NCBI GenBank assembly: GCA_963716175.1
Contig: OY970296.1
Span: 1,293,684 to 1,357,683 of the forward strand
Length of the DNA stretch: 64,000 nt
Reading direction: 5' to 3'
Source of the DNA: an uncultured Armatimonadetes bacterium
GTDB lineage: Bacteria; Armatimonadota; Hebobacteria; Hebobacterales; Hebobacteraceae
Shown: in pieces, positions 30,194-40,673 of the stretch
How the letters are laid out: each line of letters begins with the position of its first letter
How positions within the stretch are numbered: position 1 is the first letter of the stretch
The notes under the pieces: model-generated
What the model was told of the DNA's origin: nothing
The model's input: only the letters and a program-made list of their open reading frames with translations
Database searches by the model: none
Position numbers and translations under genes: made by a program

Positions 30194-31316
30194 CTACAGG
30201 CTCTGCAGCAACTCCAGCATCTTGCGATCCAGCTTGTGACCGTGGAAGTCTTCGTAGGCGACGTCGGCGCGGCCGGAGTCCAGGAGGCCGAAGGAGCCGC
30301 GGAGGTTCCAGACGCCGTAGCCGATGTTGTGCTCCTTCAACAGCTCCAGGGTGTCGCGCAGCCAACCCAGGGCCACCGGGTGCGGGGTCTTGTTGTAGAC
30401 GCCGCCTTCGTTGAAGTGCACGCCGACGCCGCGGTCGGCCAGCTCGAACCAGGGCCGGAGGTGCTCCACCAGCACGCCGCGATCCCAGCGCCGGCCGCCT
30501 GTGAGCACGCCCGGCCAGGCCGGCTCTGGCGCGTTCTTCGCCTCCGCGCCCGCCCATTCCGCGCGGTAGTGGGTGAGGAGGTGGGGCGCGTAGAAGTGGC
30601 CACTCTGCCGCGATGCCGAGGTCGGCCAGCTCCGGGCAGGGCTCACTCGCCCACTCCAGGCCGTCCGCGATCATGAGGCGATCGGGTGCGATCTCGCGGA
30701 TGGCGGCAACCACTTTGCGGATGACGTTGGCGTGCTCCTCCCGGGTCATCTTCCCGATCTCCAGCGCGGGCTCATTGAGCAAGTTGAAGGAGAGCTGCGA
30801 GTTCGGAATGCTCTGGTAGCGCCTGGCGTACACCTGCCAGAGATGGCAGAAGGCGCGCTGCGCCTCCTCGTCCTTCCACAGGTCGTAGCCACCCACATCC
30901 TCTGAGGTGTGGTAGGCATAGCCAGGGGCAGTATGCATATCGAGACACGCATGCAGCTTGTACTTGCGAGCCAGCTCCAGCCCGCGGTCCACTTCCGCGA
31001 GAGCGCGCTCATTGGCCTGGTAGCAGTCGTCGTCCTTCACCACCAGTTGGTAGGCGACAGAGATGCGGGCGTAGTCGAATCCCCAGTCCGCGATCCACTT
31101 GAAGTCGTCCTCTCGGAACGGCTGGTAGCGGCCGGAGTGGAACATGTTGTGCACGTTGAACCCACGCCAGCGCGGCAGCACGGTCTGAGTCATCAGTCTC
31201 TCCTTTCTCAGTCTGGGCACGCGAGCCGCTTTCGAGGAGCAACCCAGCGCTCCTGCTGCCAACAGGCCCGTGGCCGCGGCCCGCGTCAGGAACTCCCTCC
31301 GCGTGAGTCGAGTCAT
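30194..31316 (-). pseudogene. GH5 family glycoside hydrolase (Tat signal) interrupted by a frameshift near 30600-30650.
   Basis: N-terminal part in one frame (RREFLTRAAATGLLAAG; FDYARISVAY; LHACLDMHTAPGY; FNLLNEPA). C-terminal part in another frame (GHFYAPHLLTHY...VHFNEGGVY...GVWNLRGSFGLLD). Could be a sequencing indel. Confidence 0.6.
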
Positions 31317-31359
31317 GTCTCCTCACCGGCCCACCACGGCCATCCCGGCGACTGCCAAC

Positions 31360-32544
31360 CTACCCCAGTCTCCTCTCTCCGGCAGGGGTCTGCCAGATCG
31401 GCATGGCAACATCCGTGCAGAGCTGGATGACGAGGAGCTCGAGGGCGAGCGCGGGGTCGGTCACTTTCCCCTGAATCCCCTTGAGCGCGAGGTCGCAGGC
31501 GAGCAGGGCGCGCATGGCCTGGGCTAGCTGCTCCCAGGAGAAGGCCGCGGCCTGGGGCATGGTGCGACGGGCGAGCCAGGGGCGGCGGGCGAACACGGCG
31601 AGGACGTTCTTCCTGGGATCCTGCGGCAGCAGGCTGGCGATCTCGTCATCAACCTGCGCAGGCTGCGAACCTGCCCTGCGGCTGGCCTGGTCAGGCTGCG
31701 CGGGTCCCGTGCTGCCGGGGCGCCAGCCGCGTTCCAGCAGGAGCTTGGTCTGCCAGATCACCCGGAGCGACTGGGCAAGTAGGGCGAGCAGTCGCTGCGG
31801 TTCCTCCCGGCGGTCAGCCAACAGGCTGCGCAAGATGCGGACCGCCCGCGCCGGGCTGCGCTTGCCCACGGCCTCGACCAAGCCCCACACGTCCTCTTCC
31901 ACCAACTGGGGGGTGACGGTGTCCACATCGGCGGTGGTGATGACGGGGGCCTCGCCCACGAACAGGCAGAGCTTCTCCACCTCGGACTCGATCTCGGCCA
32001 GGCCGGTGCCGACCTTTTGCTCGGCCAGCTTACGCGCGGCAGCAGGCGCGAGCTTCTTCCCCCACAGCTTGGCCCGGTCCACGGCCCAGGCCGCGGCCTG
32101 GGCCACCTTCATGCTGGGGAACTCGATGGCAAGGCCGGCCTGCTCCAGGGCGCGCTGCAATCGGGGGCGGAGGGCGCGACCGGACCGGCGCTCACCGGTC
32201 TCGGCGGTGACCAGAATCACGGACACGCCCGGCAGCAGCGGCCCCACCTCTTTCACCAGGTGATCTTGCTCCGGCGCGGGGATGCGATCCGCGGCCTGCA
32301 CGACGATCACCCGGGGCCCACCGAAGAGTGCGCCGGTCTGGCAGCGGCGGAGCAGATCGCGGGCGGTGAGGGCAGGCCCATCGAGGACCTCCCAGCTCGG
32401 CTCCTCACCCCCGGCGCTGACCTCGGCCCGCATCCGCGCCAGCGCCTCTCGTTTGAGGTGGTGCTCGGGACCGAACAGCAGACACCAGGTGCCGAGGCAG
32501 GTGAAGTCTTTGGCCTGCGCGTAGTCGCGGTAAGGGAGCTTCAT
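31360..32544 (-). CDS. holA: DNA polymerase III delta subunit.
   Basis: HolA-like architecture; start MKLPYRDYAQ chosen over the ORF-track 566-aa low-complexity extension. Confidence 0.75.
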   Translation of the reverse strand: MKLPYRDYAQAKDFTCLGTWCLLFGPEHHLKREALARMRAEVSAGGEEPSWEVLDGPALTARDLLRRCQTGALFGGPRVIVVQAADRIPAPEQDHLVKEVGPLLPGVSVILVTAETGERRSGRALRPRLQRALEQAGLAIEFPSMKVAQAAAWAVDRAKLWGKKLAPAAARKLAEQKVGTGLAEIESEVEKLCLFVGEAPVITTADVDTVTPQLVEEDVWGLVEAVGKRSPARAVRILRSLLADRREEPQRLLALLAQSLRVIWQTKLLLERGWRPGSTGPAQPDQASRRAGSQPAQVDDEIASLLPQDPRKNVLAVFARRPWLARRTMPQAAAFSWEQLAQAMRALLACDLALKGIQGKVTDPALALELLVIQLCTDVAMPIWQTPAGERRLG

Positions 32545-33146
32545 GGCCCTGCGCCTTCCGGGTCGGCCCGCGCTGCCGGCTTCGCGCCCAGGCCGAAGCT
32601 GCCCAGGCCCTGGAGTATCAGCCAGCACGCGCCGAGGGTGACAAAGACATCGCCGATGCTGCCCGGGGTGAACCAGCGCGGCCGGGGAAAGAGCACAGGC
32701 AAGCGCTGCACGTCGGCCAGGGGCCTGAGCCGGGTGGCCGGCGTGATGGGTTTGTGGGTGACATAGGCGGGCGAATCCAGCAACTGGACGAGGCCGGTGT
32801 TGCCGGCCCGCACCGCCAAGTCGCGGTCCACCGGCATGGTCCCGCCATTGGCCGCGATCACCAGGAAGTTGAGGAAGACGCCGGCGGCGGCGAGGCGCAT
32901 TCCCCAGAGATGCCGGTTGAGGAACAGCCCAGCCAGCAGGAAGAGATAGGCGGCGATGTTGGCCGGGCCCCCGAGCGTGGCGCTCAGCGCCACACCCCGC
33001 CAACCTAGGATGGCCACCCCGATCTTGCCCAGGGCGGCGAGGATGAACAAGCTCGGCCACCGGAGGTCGAATGCGCGCAGGCGGTTCATGCGTCCGCCGG
33101 CGAGAACGCCCACCACCAGAGTCAGCAGGGCGGCATCGAAGAGCAT
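32541..33146 (-). CDS. Hypothetical polytopic membrane protein.
   Basis: Five or six hydrophobic helices; stop overlaps the holA start (ATGA). Confidence 0.45.
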   Translation of the reverse strand: MLFDAALLTLVVGVLAGGRMNRLRAFDLRWPSLFILAALGKIGVAILGWRGVALSATLGGPANIAAYLFLLAGLFLNRHLWGMRLAAAGVFLNFLVIAANGGTMPVDRDLAVRAGNTGLVQLLDSPAYVTHKPITPATRLRPLADVQRLPVLFPRPRWFTPGSIGDVFVTLGACWLILQGLGSFGLGAKPAARADPEGAGP

Positions 33147-33229
33147 CTGCGAAGCTTTCCTGTCCGCAGAGGTTCGGCGGTCATGGCGGGATTACCTGGA
33201 ATCGGCCCGCGCCACGGCCGCGGTTCTGA

Positions 33230-34330
33230 TCAATGATGCGCCGAAACGACCCTGGTCAGGACATATCCCAGGAAGAGCAGCCACCACAGCAGGCCCAAGG
33301 CCAGAGGCCAGGGGGTGAGAGCCCGGCCCCGGCCGGCCGCGACGACCGCGAACAGGAGGAGGGCGCTGCCGAGCGCGATCAGGGCGGAGAGCAGAGCAGC
33401 ACTGCCGACCGGGGTGAGGCCGAACTGCCAGCGGGTGAGCAGGATGCCCAGGATCACCGGGAAGGTGGCTTGGAAGACCATGGCGCCGGTGATATTGCCC
33501 AGGGCCAGGGTGTCTTTACTCTGGCGCACCCACACCACCGAGTTGAACTTTTCGGGAAGCTCAGTGGCGAGAGGAGCAACGATGAGCGCGATCACCAGGG
33601 GCGGGAAGCCGACGGCGGCGGAGAGCTCCCGGACTGAGTCCACGAAGATATAGGCGCCACCGACAATGAGGCTGAGGGCCAGCAACACCTGGGACCCGAC
33701 GGCGCGCAGCCGCGGGCCCCGCTCCGCAAGGCTTCGCCTGCGCTCACGGTGCCGGGCGCGGTCGGCCGGCGGGAGCAGAGGCAGGGCGGCCCACACCAGG
33801 TTGAGCAGCAACGGCTCTTCCTTCTCACCCTCCTGGCTCTCTCGCAGGTTGAGATAGACGTAGTAGCTGTAGCAGAGCAGCAGTGCGACGGCCGTCAGCG
33901 GGCGCGCCCAATGCCCCCGGGGTGTGAAGCTGACCGCGATGGCCGTGGTGTAGAGGGGAAGGAAGAACCCGAGGTCGCGGGTGGCCACCTTGCGGTTGAG
34001 GGCGAGACGCCAGCCCTGCTGGCGCCGCCGGCGATAGCCCCAGGCGGCGAGCGCGGTGACGAAGAAGGCGAGCGTGGAGAGCATGAAAGGGGCACCCAGG
34101 ATGGCGCCCAGGCCGATCTCGTGGCTGTCCTCCTCGCGGAACAGCACCAGCGCGACGAAGGGGATGAGGGTCTCGGGCAGCGCGGTGCCCACCGCAGCCA
34201 GCACACTTCCCACCGCCGCCTCGGAGAGACGCAGCCGCACGCCGAGCCATTCCACGCCATTGGTGAAGAGCTCGGAGCCGACGATGATGACGAGGAAGCT
34301 GAGCAGCAGTTGGACGATGTTGGGCGCCAT
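33230..34330 (-). CDS. CaCA-family sodium/calcium (cation) exchanger.
   Basis: Two alpha-repeat motifs (GSELF..., GNITGAMVFQ). Confidence 0.75.
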   Translation of the reverse strand: MAPNIVQLLLSFLVIIVGSELFTNGVEWLGVRLRLSEAAVGSVLAAVGTALPETLIPFVALVLFREEDSHEIGLGAILGAPFMLSTLAFFVTALAAWGYRRRRQQGWRLALNRKVATRDLGFFLPLYTTAIAVSFTPRGHWARPLTAVALLLCYSYYVYLNLRESQEGEKEEPLLLNLVWAALPLLPPADRARHRERRRSLAERGPRLRAVGSQVLLALSLIVGGAYIFVDSVRELSAAVGFPPLVIALIVAPLATELPEKFNSVVWVRQSKDTLALGNITGAMVFQATFPVILGILLTRWQFGLTPVGSAALLSALIALGSALLLFAVVAAGRGRALTPWPLALGLLWWLLFLGYVLTRVVSAHH

Positions 34331-34408
34331 GCGCGGACTGGTATTCGGTGAGCGGCGGCGATGTGCCTGCCGCGGCAGGGGGACGCGGGGATCCGCAGAT
34401 GTCGCAGA

Positions 34409-35731
34409 TTACGCAGACGAACTGCTGGACTGGGTGCGCTGCAGCAAGAGCAAAGCGACCACGGCCGAGAGAGTGAGGAGGGCGGCGGCGAGGTAGAACG
34501 GAGAGCGGAGGTTCAAGTCCCACAGATAACCGCCTGCCAGGGGACCGAGGAAGGCCCCGGCACCTTGCGCGGTGGCCACCAACCCCATGATCCGACCGGT
34601 CGCGCCAGCAGGCGCCAGGTCAGAGACCAAGGCGAGCCAGGCGGGCAGACCGAGCATGAACCCGAGCATCACCAGCACGCCCGCCACCGCCAGTGGCAGC
34701 AGCGCGCGGCAGCACGGCAGGGCCCACAGAGCAGCTGCGCTGACGCAGAGGGCGAACTGGACCACGCGGCGCTTGGGCCAGCGATCGGCCAGATGGCCCA
34801 GCGGGATGCCAAGCAACCCGGCGGGTACGAAAAGGGCTACCAGCAGGAAGCCGACGCTCTCCCGGGGGATGTCCACCACTCTCTGCACATAGGGAGCGAG
34901 GTACGGGGCAAGGGTGCCGGTGGCGAACATCTCACTCAGGGTGATCAGCATGATGATGGCGATCACCCGCGCCCGGGGCCATCCCCCGGCCTGCGTGACA
35001 GGTCCTGCACCTTGGCGTGACGGTGCTTGCCCGTCTGCGGAAGCTTCGGCAGGCAAGCCGCGCGCCTGCTCGGCACGGGCAGGCAGGGTCGAGGCCACCG
35101 CAGCGCCAGCGGCGGCGGCGATCACCACCATCACGAAAGGGGCCCTGCTCTCAAAGCCGGAGGGCAGGCTGCTGGCCTGCGCCAGCCATCTCCATAGAGT
35201 CATGGCCGCGCCGGCGAGCGCGGGGCCGAAGGCGAGGCCGGTGAGGTAGGCGGTGTTCATGACGCTCATCGCCAGCCCGCGCTCGCGGCTGGGCACATGG
35301 TCCGGCACCCCGGCGAAGAGGGGCGGCCAGAAGGAGGCAGCGCCCGCGCCATCCACCGCCCGCAGGGGCATGAGCAGGAGGTAGATCAGCAGGGGGAGCG
35401 CGATGAGGACTCGAGGTGGCACCAGGCAGATGGCCAGGGCCGTGCTGGCCGACACGGCGATCCCCATGATCACGAAGGGCCGCCGACCATGGCGATCGGA
35501 GAGGTGGCCGAAGGGGAGCTTGAGCAGCATCTCGGCGATCAGGAACGTCGAGACCAGCAGACCGAGAGTGCGGCCCGGCTGGTGCAGGTCGTCGAGCATG
35601 TAGAAGGGCAAGGAGAAGTTGTTGACCGAGGACTGCACAATCTCGCCGAGCGCCACGACCAGCGCCATCCGGCCGAGCACGGGGTAGCGGCGGAAGACGG
35701 CGAGGTAGGTGCGGTGGAGGAGGTCGAGCAT
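34409..35731 (-). CDS. MFS transporter.
   Basis: 12-TM MFS pattern with GHLSDRHGRRP motif. Confidence 0.8.
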   Translation of the reverse strand: MLDLLHRTYLAVFRRYPVLGRMALVVALGEIVQSSVNNFSLPFYMLDDLHQPGRTLGLLVSTFLIAEMLLKLPFGHLSDRHGRRPFVIMGIAVSASTALAICLVPPRVLIALPLLIYLLLMPLRAVDGAGAASFWPPLFAGVPDHVPSRERGLAMSVMNTAYLTGLAFGPALAGAAMTLWRWLAQASSLPSGFESRAPFVMVVIAAAAGAAVASTLPARAEQARGLPAEASADGQAPSRQGAGPVTQAGGWPRARVIAIIMLITLSEMFATGTLAPYLAPYVQRVVDIPRESVGFLLVALFVPAGLLGIPLGHLADRWPKRRVVQFALCVSAAALWALPCCRALLPLAVAGVLVMLGFMLGLPAWLALVSDLAPAGATGRIMGLVATAQGAGAFLGPLAGGYLWDLNLRSPFYLAAALLTLSAVVALLLLQRTQSSSSSA

Positions 35732-35796
35732 GGGGTGCTAGTCTTCGACAGAGGGCCGGCCGGTCCTATGAGAAGGGACGCGGGCCGGGCCGGCAG

Positions 35797-35920
35797 GCGG
35801 GCATGCGGAGATGGCTAGGTCGCCTGGGCGACCGCTGGCTAAGCCCGCCTTCGGCGGGCCGCCATCCCGGCCTTCAGGCCTAGGGACATGGCGGCTCACG
35901 GCCTAGCCACATGCCCGCCC
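35797..35920 (+). repeat. R3 MITE-like element, copy X1, with terminal inverted repeats GGCGGGCATG...CATGCCCGCC and internal hairpin GGTCGCC-tg-GGCGACC.
   Basis: Shares gagatggctaggtcgcctg and ggcctagccacatgcc segments with 57186-57282. Confidence 0.7.
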
Positions 35921-35930
35921 TACAGGGCCC

Positions 35931-37392
35931 CTACCCCTTCATCACCCCCAGCGGCTTGAGCATCGCCACCATCTTCGAGATGCCGGCGCCGTGGCAGACG
36001 CGGACGACCTGGTGGACGTCTTTGTAGGCCTCGGGCATCTCCTCGGCCAGGCCCTCCCGGCTGGCGGCGCGGGCGTAGACGCCCTGGGCGGCCAGCTCCT
36101 GGGCGATGTCGCGGCCCCGGGCGGAGCGGATGGCGGCGTGACGGCTGAGCAGCCGGCCTGCGCCGTGGCAGGTCGAGCCCCAGGTCTGCTCCATCGCCTT
36201 CTGAGTGCCAACGAGAAGATAGGAAGCGGTTCCCATGTCACCAGGCACGATCACCGGCTGGCCGGTCTTCTGATGGAGCGGGAGAAGCTGGGGGTGGCCG
36301 GGGCCAAAGGCGCGCGTGGCGCCCTTGCGGTGGATGCAGAGCCGCTTCGTCTTGCCATCAACCGGATGCTCTTCGAGCTTTGCCACATTATGCGCGACAT
36401 CGTAGATGATCTCGAGGCCCAGCTTCTGCCGCGCCGGTCCCCAGCACGCGCTCGAAGGCCTCCCGGGTCCAGTGGGTGATGCACTGGCGGTTGGCCCAGG
36501 CGTAGTTGGCGGCGGCGGCCATGGCGGCAAGGTAGTTCCGTCCTTCCGGGGATGACACCGGGGCGCAGGCGAGCTGGCGATCGGGCAGAGAGATCTGGTA
36601 CTTCTGCGTCGCCTTCTGCATCTCGATCAGGTAGTCGTCACACACCTGATGGCCCAGGCCGCGGGAGCCGGTGTGGATCATCACCGTGATCTGATCCAGA
36701 TCGGTGATGCCCAGGGCGGCGGCGATCTCGGGATCGTGGATTTCGGCGACGGTCTGGATCTCCAGGAAGTGGTTGCCGGAGCCGAGGGTGCCGAGCTGGG
36801 GGCGGCCGCGCTCCTTCGCCCGGTCCGAAAGCAGGGCGGGGTCGGCGCCCTCGATGCGGCCATTGCTCTCGATGTGCTCCGCATCCTGAGACCAGCCCAT
36901 GCCCTGGGAGATGGCCCACTGCGCGCCTCTGACCAGCACGCGGTCGAGCTCGGCCTTGTCCACGCGCACCCGGCCCTTCTCGCCCACCCCGGAGGGCACA
37001 TCGCGGAAGATCTGGTCGATCAGGTCCTTGACGCGGGGCTCGACCTCGGCGCGGGTGAGGTTAGTGCGCAGCAATCGCACCCCGCAGTTGATGTCATAGC
37101 CAACGCCGCCGGGGGAGACCACGCCCTGCTCCACGTCGAAGGCAGCGACGCCGCCGATGGGAAAGCCATAGCCGTAGTGGATATCGGGCATGGCCATGGA
37201 GGGCCCCACGATGCCGGGCAGGCAGGCGACATTGACCACCTGCTCCAGGGAGTTGTCGGACTTGATGTCCTGCATCATCTCGGCCGAGGAATAGACGATG
37301 CCATCGGTGCGCATCTCCGGCTTGTAGCTGCGCGGGACGCGCCAGCGATAGGGATCTATGCGCTCGATTTTTCCGGACCAGGGCTTGCCCAC
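35931..37392 (-). pseudogene. rtcB: RNA-splicing ligase RtcB, split by a frameshift near 36420 at a G-run.
   Basis: N-terminal 334 aa and C-terminal 199 aa RtcB halves sit in different frames (GSGNHFLEIQ...; IIYDVAHNVAK...HRKGATRAF...GSTCHGAGR). Confidence 0.7.
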
Positions 37393-37457
37393 GCCAGTTC
37401 ACCTCCGGGCCGCGGCTACTTCTCATGTCAGCAGTGGTGGCGACCGGACGCGGCCAG

Positions 37458-38147
37458 CTACATACTACGGGAGAGCACAGCGAAAGGCAAGGACGAGGGC
37501 CGCCGATGTGTGACCACGAAGATCAGAGAAGAGAACAAGCTGCTCCGGGAGAGCTGGTTGATCTCACCATAGCTCCAGGAGACCAGGTCCCCATTCCCCT
37601 CCTCCGCCCCGGTGGGGTTGTTCGCCGGGTCGTAGCTGTAGGTGAAGATGGAGATCACCGTCCCGTCCGACTTGCGGTTGCGCACCGCCTGGATTCGGCC
37701 GGCATCGTCGTATTGGGTCTCGGCGCGGCTGCTGTTGCCATAGGTCATGGTGGTGGGCCGGCCCAGGTCGTCGTACTGGTAGGTGCTCACCCCGCCGGTG
37801 CCGCGGTTCACCACCGCGGTTATCCAGTCGCGGGCATTGTAGCTGTAGTCAATGTAGCTGCCCGGCCGCGTCATCCGCGTCCGCCGCCCGCCGTCGTGAT
37901 AGGTGAAGCTCACCGTCACGCTGTTGGGATTCGTCGCCGAGGAGAGCTGGTTCCGCCCGTTGTAATCATAGCTGAACACGTCCTCTCCCGTGACCTGCAT
38001 GCTCGACACCAAGCCGACTCCGTTATACTGATAGGTCGTCGTCTTGGACGTCTCCGCACTCACCGTCACGGATTTCAGCCATTTACTCGGATAGTAGACC
38101 TGGGTCGTGGTGCCCGATGCATCCCGCGTCTCCGTGATTGCTGTCCC
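37458..38147 (-). pseudogene. Rhs/YD-repeat protein fragment (copy 1); no start codon, bounded upstream by in-frame stops.
   Basis: YQYNGVGL, YDYNGRNQL, YQYDDLGRPTTMTY, YSYDPANN repeats; positions 37497-38036 are duplicated at 38796-39437. Confidence 0.6.
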
Positions 38148-38174
38148 TGATTCCCCAGGACTGAGTGTTTCCTA

Positions 38175-38555
38175 TCACTTTCTCTTCACTAACCTGGCCA
38201 GCAGCAATGCTAATACTACCGGTATCCCTAGTAGCCCGGCCCAATAGCTATAGTCCCTCGGAAGGCGATATTTCAGCCACGGACCCATCAGAAGCGACGG
38301 AAGGAAAAAGGCCAGGTTGGTGATAACCGCTGCCCACAGGGGCACGACCAGCCCGCGGCCCTCCACCGCAGTCAACACATAGAAAGAACCAAGACCCGCC
38401 AGCTCCAGGAGGAGTCCCAGGTATGCAATGAACAGAGGCGTGTGCTCTGCAATCCAACGTGCTCCTGGAAGCCGCCATCCCTCCATAGCGAGTATGACCC
38501 AGAGCACGAGGAGTATCCCGAACGTCTCGGGTAGTTTCCGGCTACGCCGGCTCAT
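38175..38555 (-). CDS. Four-TM small membrane protein between the two Rhs fragments; possibly an immunity protein.
   Basis: Hydrophobic helices; position downstream of an Rhs C-terminal fragment. Confidence 0.35.
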   Translation of the reverse strand: MSRRSRKLPETFGILLVLWVILAMEGWRLPGARWIAEHTPLFIAYLGLLLELAGLGSFYVLTAVEGRGLVVPLWAAVITNLAFFLPSLLMGPWLKYRLPRDYSYWAGLLGIPVVLALLLARLVKRK

Positions 38556-38724
38556 AACGCCACACCGTCTGTCACACCAGCCCTTCTTCCTTCTCACTCA
38601 GCGGAGACACTTGCTACACTTTTCCATGCAATGCAGGGATTCGCCGGCTAGCAGCAGCGAACCGACCCCAGAGGCCGGCTCAGCCCAAGGGGCGATTTTC
38701 TCGGCCAGCCGAGGAACTAGGGCT

Positions 38725-39437
38725 TTAGAGTACCTCGCCCACGCCCTGAACCTTCTGTCCGTGAAGTGGTAACAGATTCTGGCGGTCCAGCGGGGGCCGC
38801 CGATGTGTGACCACGAAGATCAGAGAAGAGAACAAGCTGCTCCGGGAGAGCTGGTTGATCTCACCATAGCTCCAGGAGACCAGGTCCCCATTCCCCTCCT
38901 CCGCCCCGGTGGGGTTGTTCGCCGGGTCGTAGCTGTAGGTGAAGATGGAGATCACCGTCCCGTCCGACTTGAGATTGCGCACCGCCTGGATTCTGCCGGC
39001 ATCGTCGTATTGGGTCTCGGCGCGGCTGCTGTTGCCATAGGTCATGGTGGTGGGCCGGCCCAGGTCGTCGTACTGCTAATGAATGTCGCCCAAAGAAGTA
39101 ACGGGCGACATTCATCAGAAAGCCAGGGAATGCCTGAAGAAAGACGCTCGCGCAATGTTACTTCATTGCGCGAACGTCGGTAGGTACTCACCCCGCCGGT
39201 GCCGCGGTTCACCACCGCGGTTATCCAGTCGCGGGCATTGTAGCTGTAGTCAATGTAGCTGCCCGGCCGCGTCATCCGCGTCCGCCGCCCGCCGTCGTGA
39301 TAGGTGAAGCTCACCGTCACGCTGTTGGGATTCGTCGCCGAGGAGAGCTGGTTCCGCCCGTTGTAATCATAGCTGAACACGTCCTCTCCCGTGACCTGCA
39401 TGCTCGACACCAAGCCGACTCCGTTATACTGATAGGT
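38725..39437 (-). pseudogene. Rhs/YD-repeat fragment (copy 2), 5'-truncated and interrupted by a 105-bp R2 insertion.
   Basis: Near-identical to copy 1 except for the insertion at 39076-39180 and a divergent tail. Confidence 0.55.
39076..39180 (+). repeat. R2 paired-hairpin element, copy B, inserted into Rhs fragment copy 2.
   Basis: Absent from the otherwise identical copy 1 (gtcgtactg|gtaggtg). Hairpin 1 loop aaaGAAGTAAC; hairpin 2 loop GTTACTTC (exact reverse complement). Confidence 0.8.
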
Positions 39438-39628
39438 TGGAGTGAACCCCTCTGACTGGACAGTTCAAGGGGTCGCCACTATGCGAGTCGACGCGGAGGG
39501 CCGCTAGCTCTCGTTGTGGTGCCAGGGACTTGAGGACGGCGCGGATCCCCACGCCGGCGCCTGGAGCCACTGGCGCCAGCACCAACGTCAGAAGAACCAA
39601 CCTCCGGCGGCTCAGCATAGCATCTCTC

Positions 39629-40654
39629 CTATGGGCATCGGAGCCACGACGCGTCCTCCCCGCGGACGAGTGTCAGGGCCTCACCGGACTCTGTGTTTAT
39701 GGCCCTCACGAGTGACAGCCCTTCCACCGCGTAAGGGCCACCAAAGACCCCACGGGAGGGGTGCCTTCGCTGGAAGTGGCGCTCCGTGAATAACACCCAC
39801 CTCTCGTCAGGGCTCCAGTGGATGTCCTCGATCTGTGTCACCTCTTTCGTGAAGACCGGCAAGGCCTGCACCGTCTGCCGCTTCAGGCCACTCGCTGTAA
39901 CCACCGCGAGCGACCGCCCCATATCGGCGACCGCCAGCATCTGGCCCGATGGGGCAAGGGAGACATAAGACGCAATGGCCAGCTGCCCGCGCGGTACGCT
40001 GAGACTTGCCCCGTCAAGGGTCAGTTCGAGTGGCGGCAATGAGCGGGGATCCTGCAACCAGGAGCGGATGTCCTGCGGCACAAGCGTCCGCGGAAGATGC
40101 TGCAGTACCTGGCTAATGCCACTCGCGCGCTCTTGCCGGCGTTGTTCGACTGTATGCCTACCGCTGAGCGCAACCGCACCAGAGTTCATGTTCCACACTA
40201 GTTCGCGGTATCCTTTGTGCCCTTTCCACTCATCCGTGACCCCAAGGAGCACCTGCGCGTTGTCCAGCCACATCGGATAGTCGAAGAGGAATGAGAACTC
40301 GGCTTTTAGGCGCAAGGACATGGCGGCCTCATCCGCGTCATCCAGATCCACCAGCGTGAAGGTGTACCGCCCTTGCCCGCTGCTCCACAAGAATTCCTCC
40401 TGCACCACGAGCGCGCGACGACCATCGGGGGAAATCGAGTAGAAGGGACGCGACAGCAGGCGCGCCTCCGGGTTACGCCATCGCCAGAGGACACGCTCAT
40501 ACTCGCTTGCGTACCGGCACAGCCGCAACTCGCCCCCTGGCCGCTCCATCGTCTGGTAAAGCAGACTCATGGTCGGGACGCTCTCGTTCTGCCGGCCCTG
40601 TCCGCTCGCAGCGTGCGCGGTCAGGAGCGCGAACATGGCCAAACTAGCCAGCAT
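39629..40654 (-). CDS. Secreted TolB-like (PD40) beta-propeller protein of unknown function.
   Basis: Signal peptide MLASLAMFALLTAHAASG; SISPDGRRALV and HWSPDERWVLF propeller motifs; lower-GC region. Confidence 0.45.
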   Translation of the reverse strand: MLASLAMFALLTAHAASGQGRQNESVPTMSLLYQTMERPGGELRLCRYASEYERVLWRWRNPEARLLSRPFYSISPDGRRALVVQEEFLWSSGQGRYTFTLVDLDDADEAAMSLRLKAEFSFLFDYPMWLDNAQVLLGVTDEWKGHKGYRELVWNMNSGAVALSGRHTVEQRRQERASGISQVLQHLPRTLVPQDIRSWLQDPRSLPPLELTLDGASLSVPRGQLAIASYVSLAPSGQMLAVADMGRSLAVVTASGLKRQTVQALPVFTKEVTQIEDIHWSPDERWVLFTERHFQRRHPSRGVFGGPYAVEGLSLVRAINTESGEALTLVRGEDASWLRCP

Positions 40655-40673
40655 CAGGGGCCACCAACCAGCA

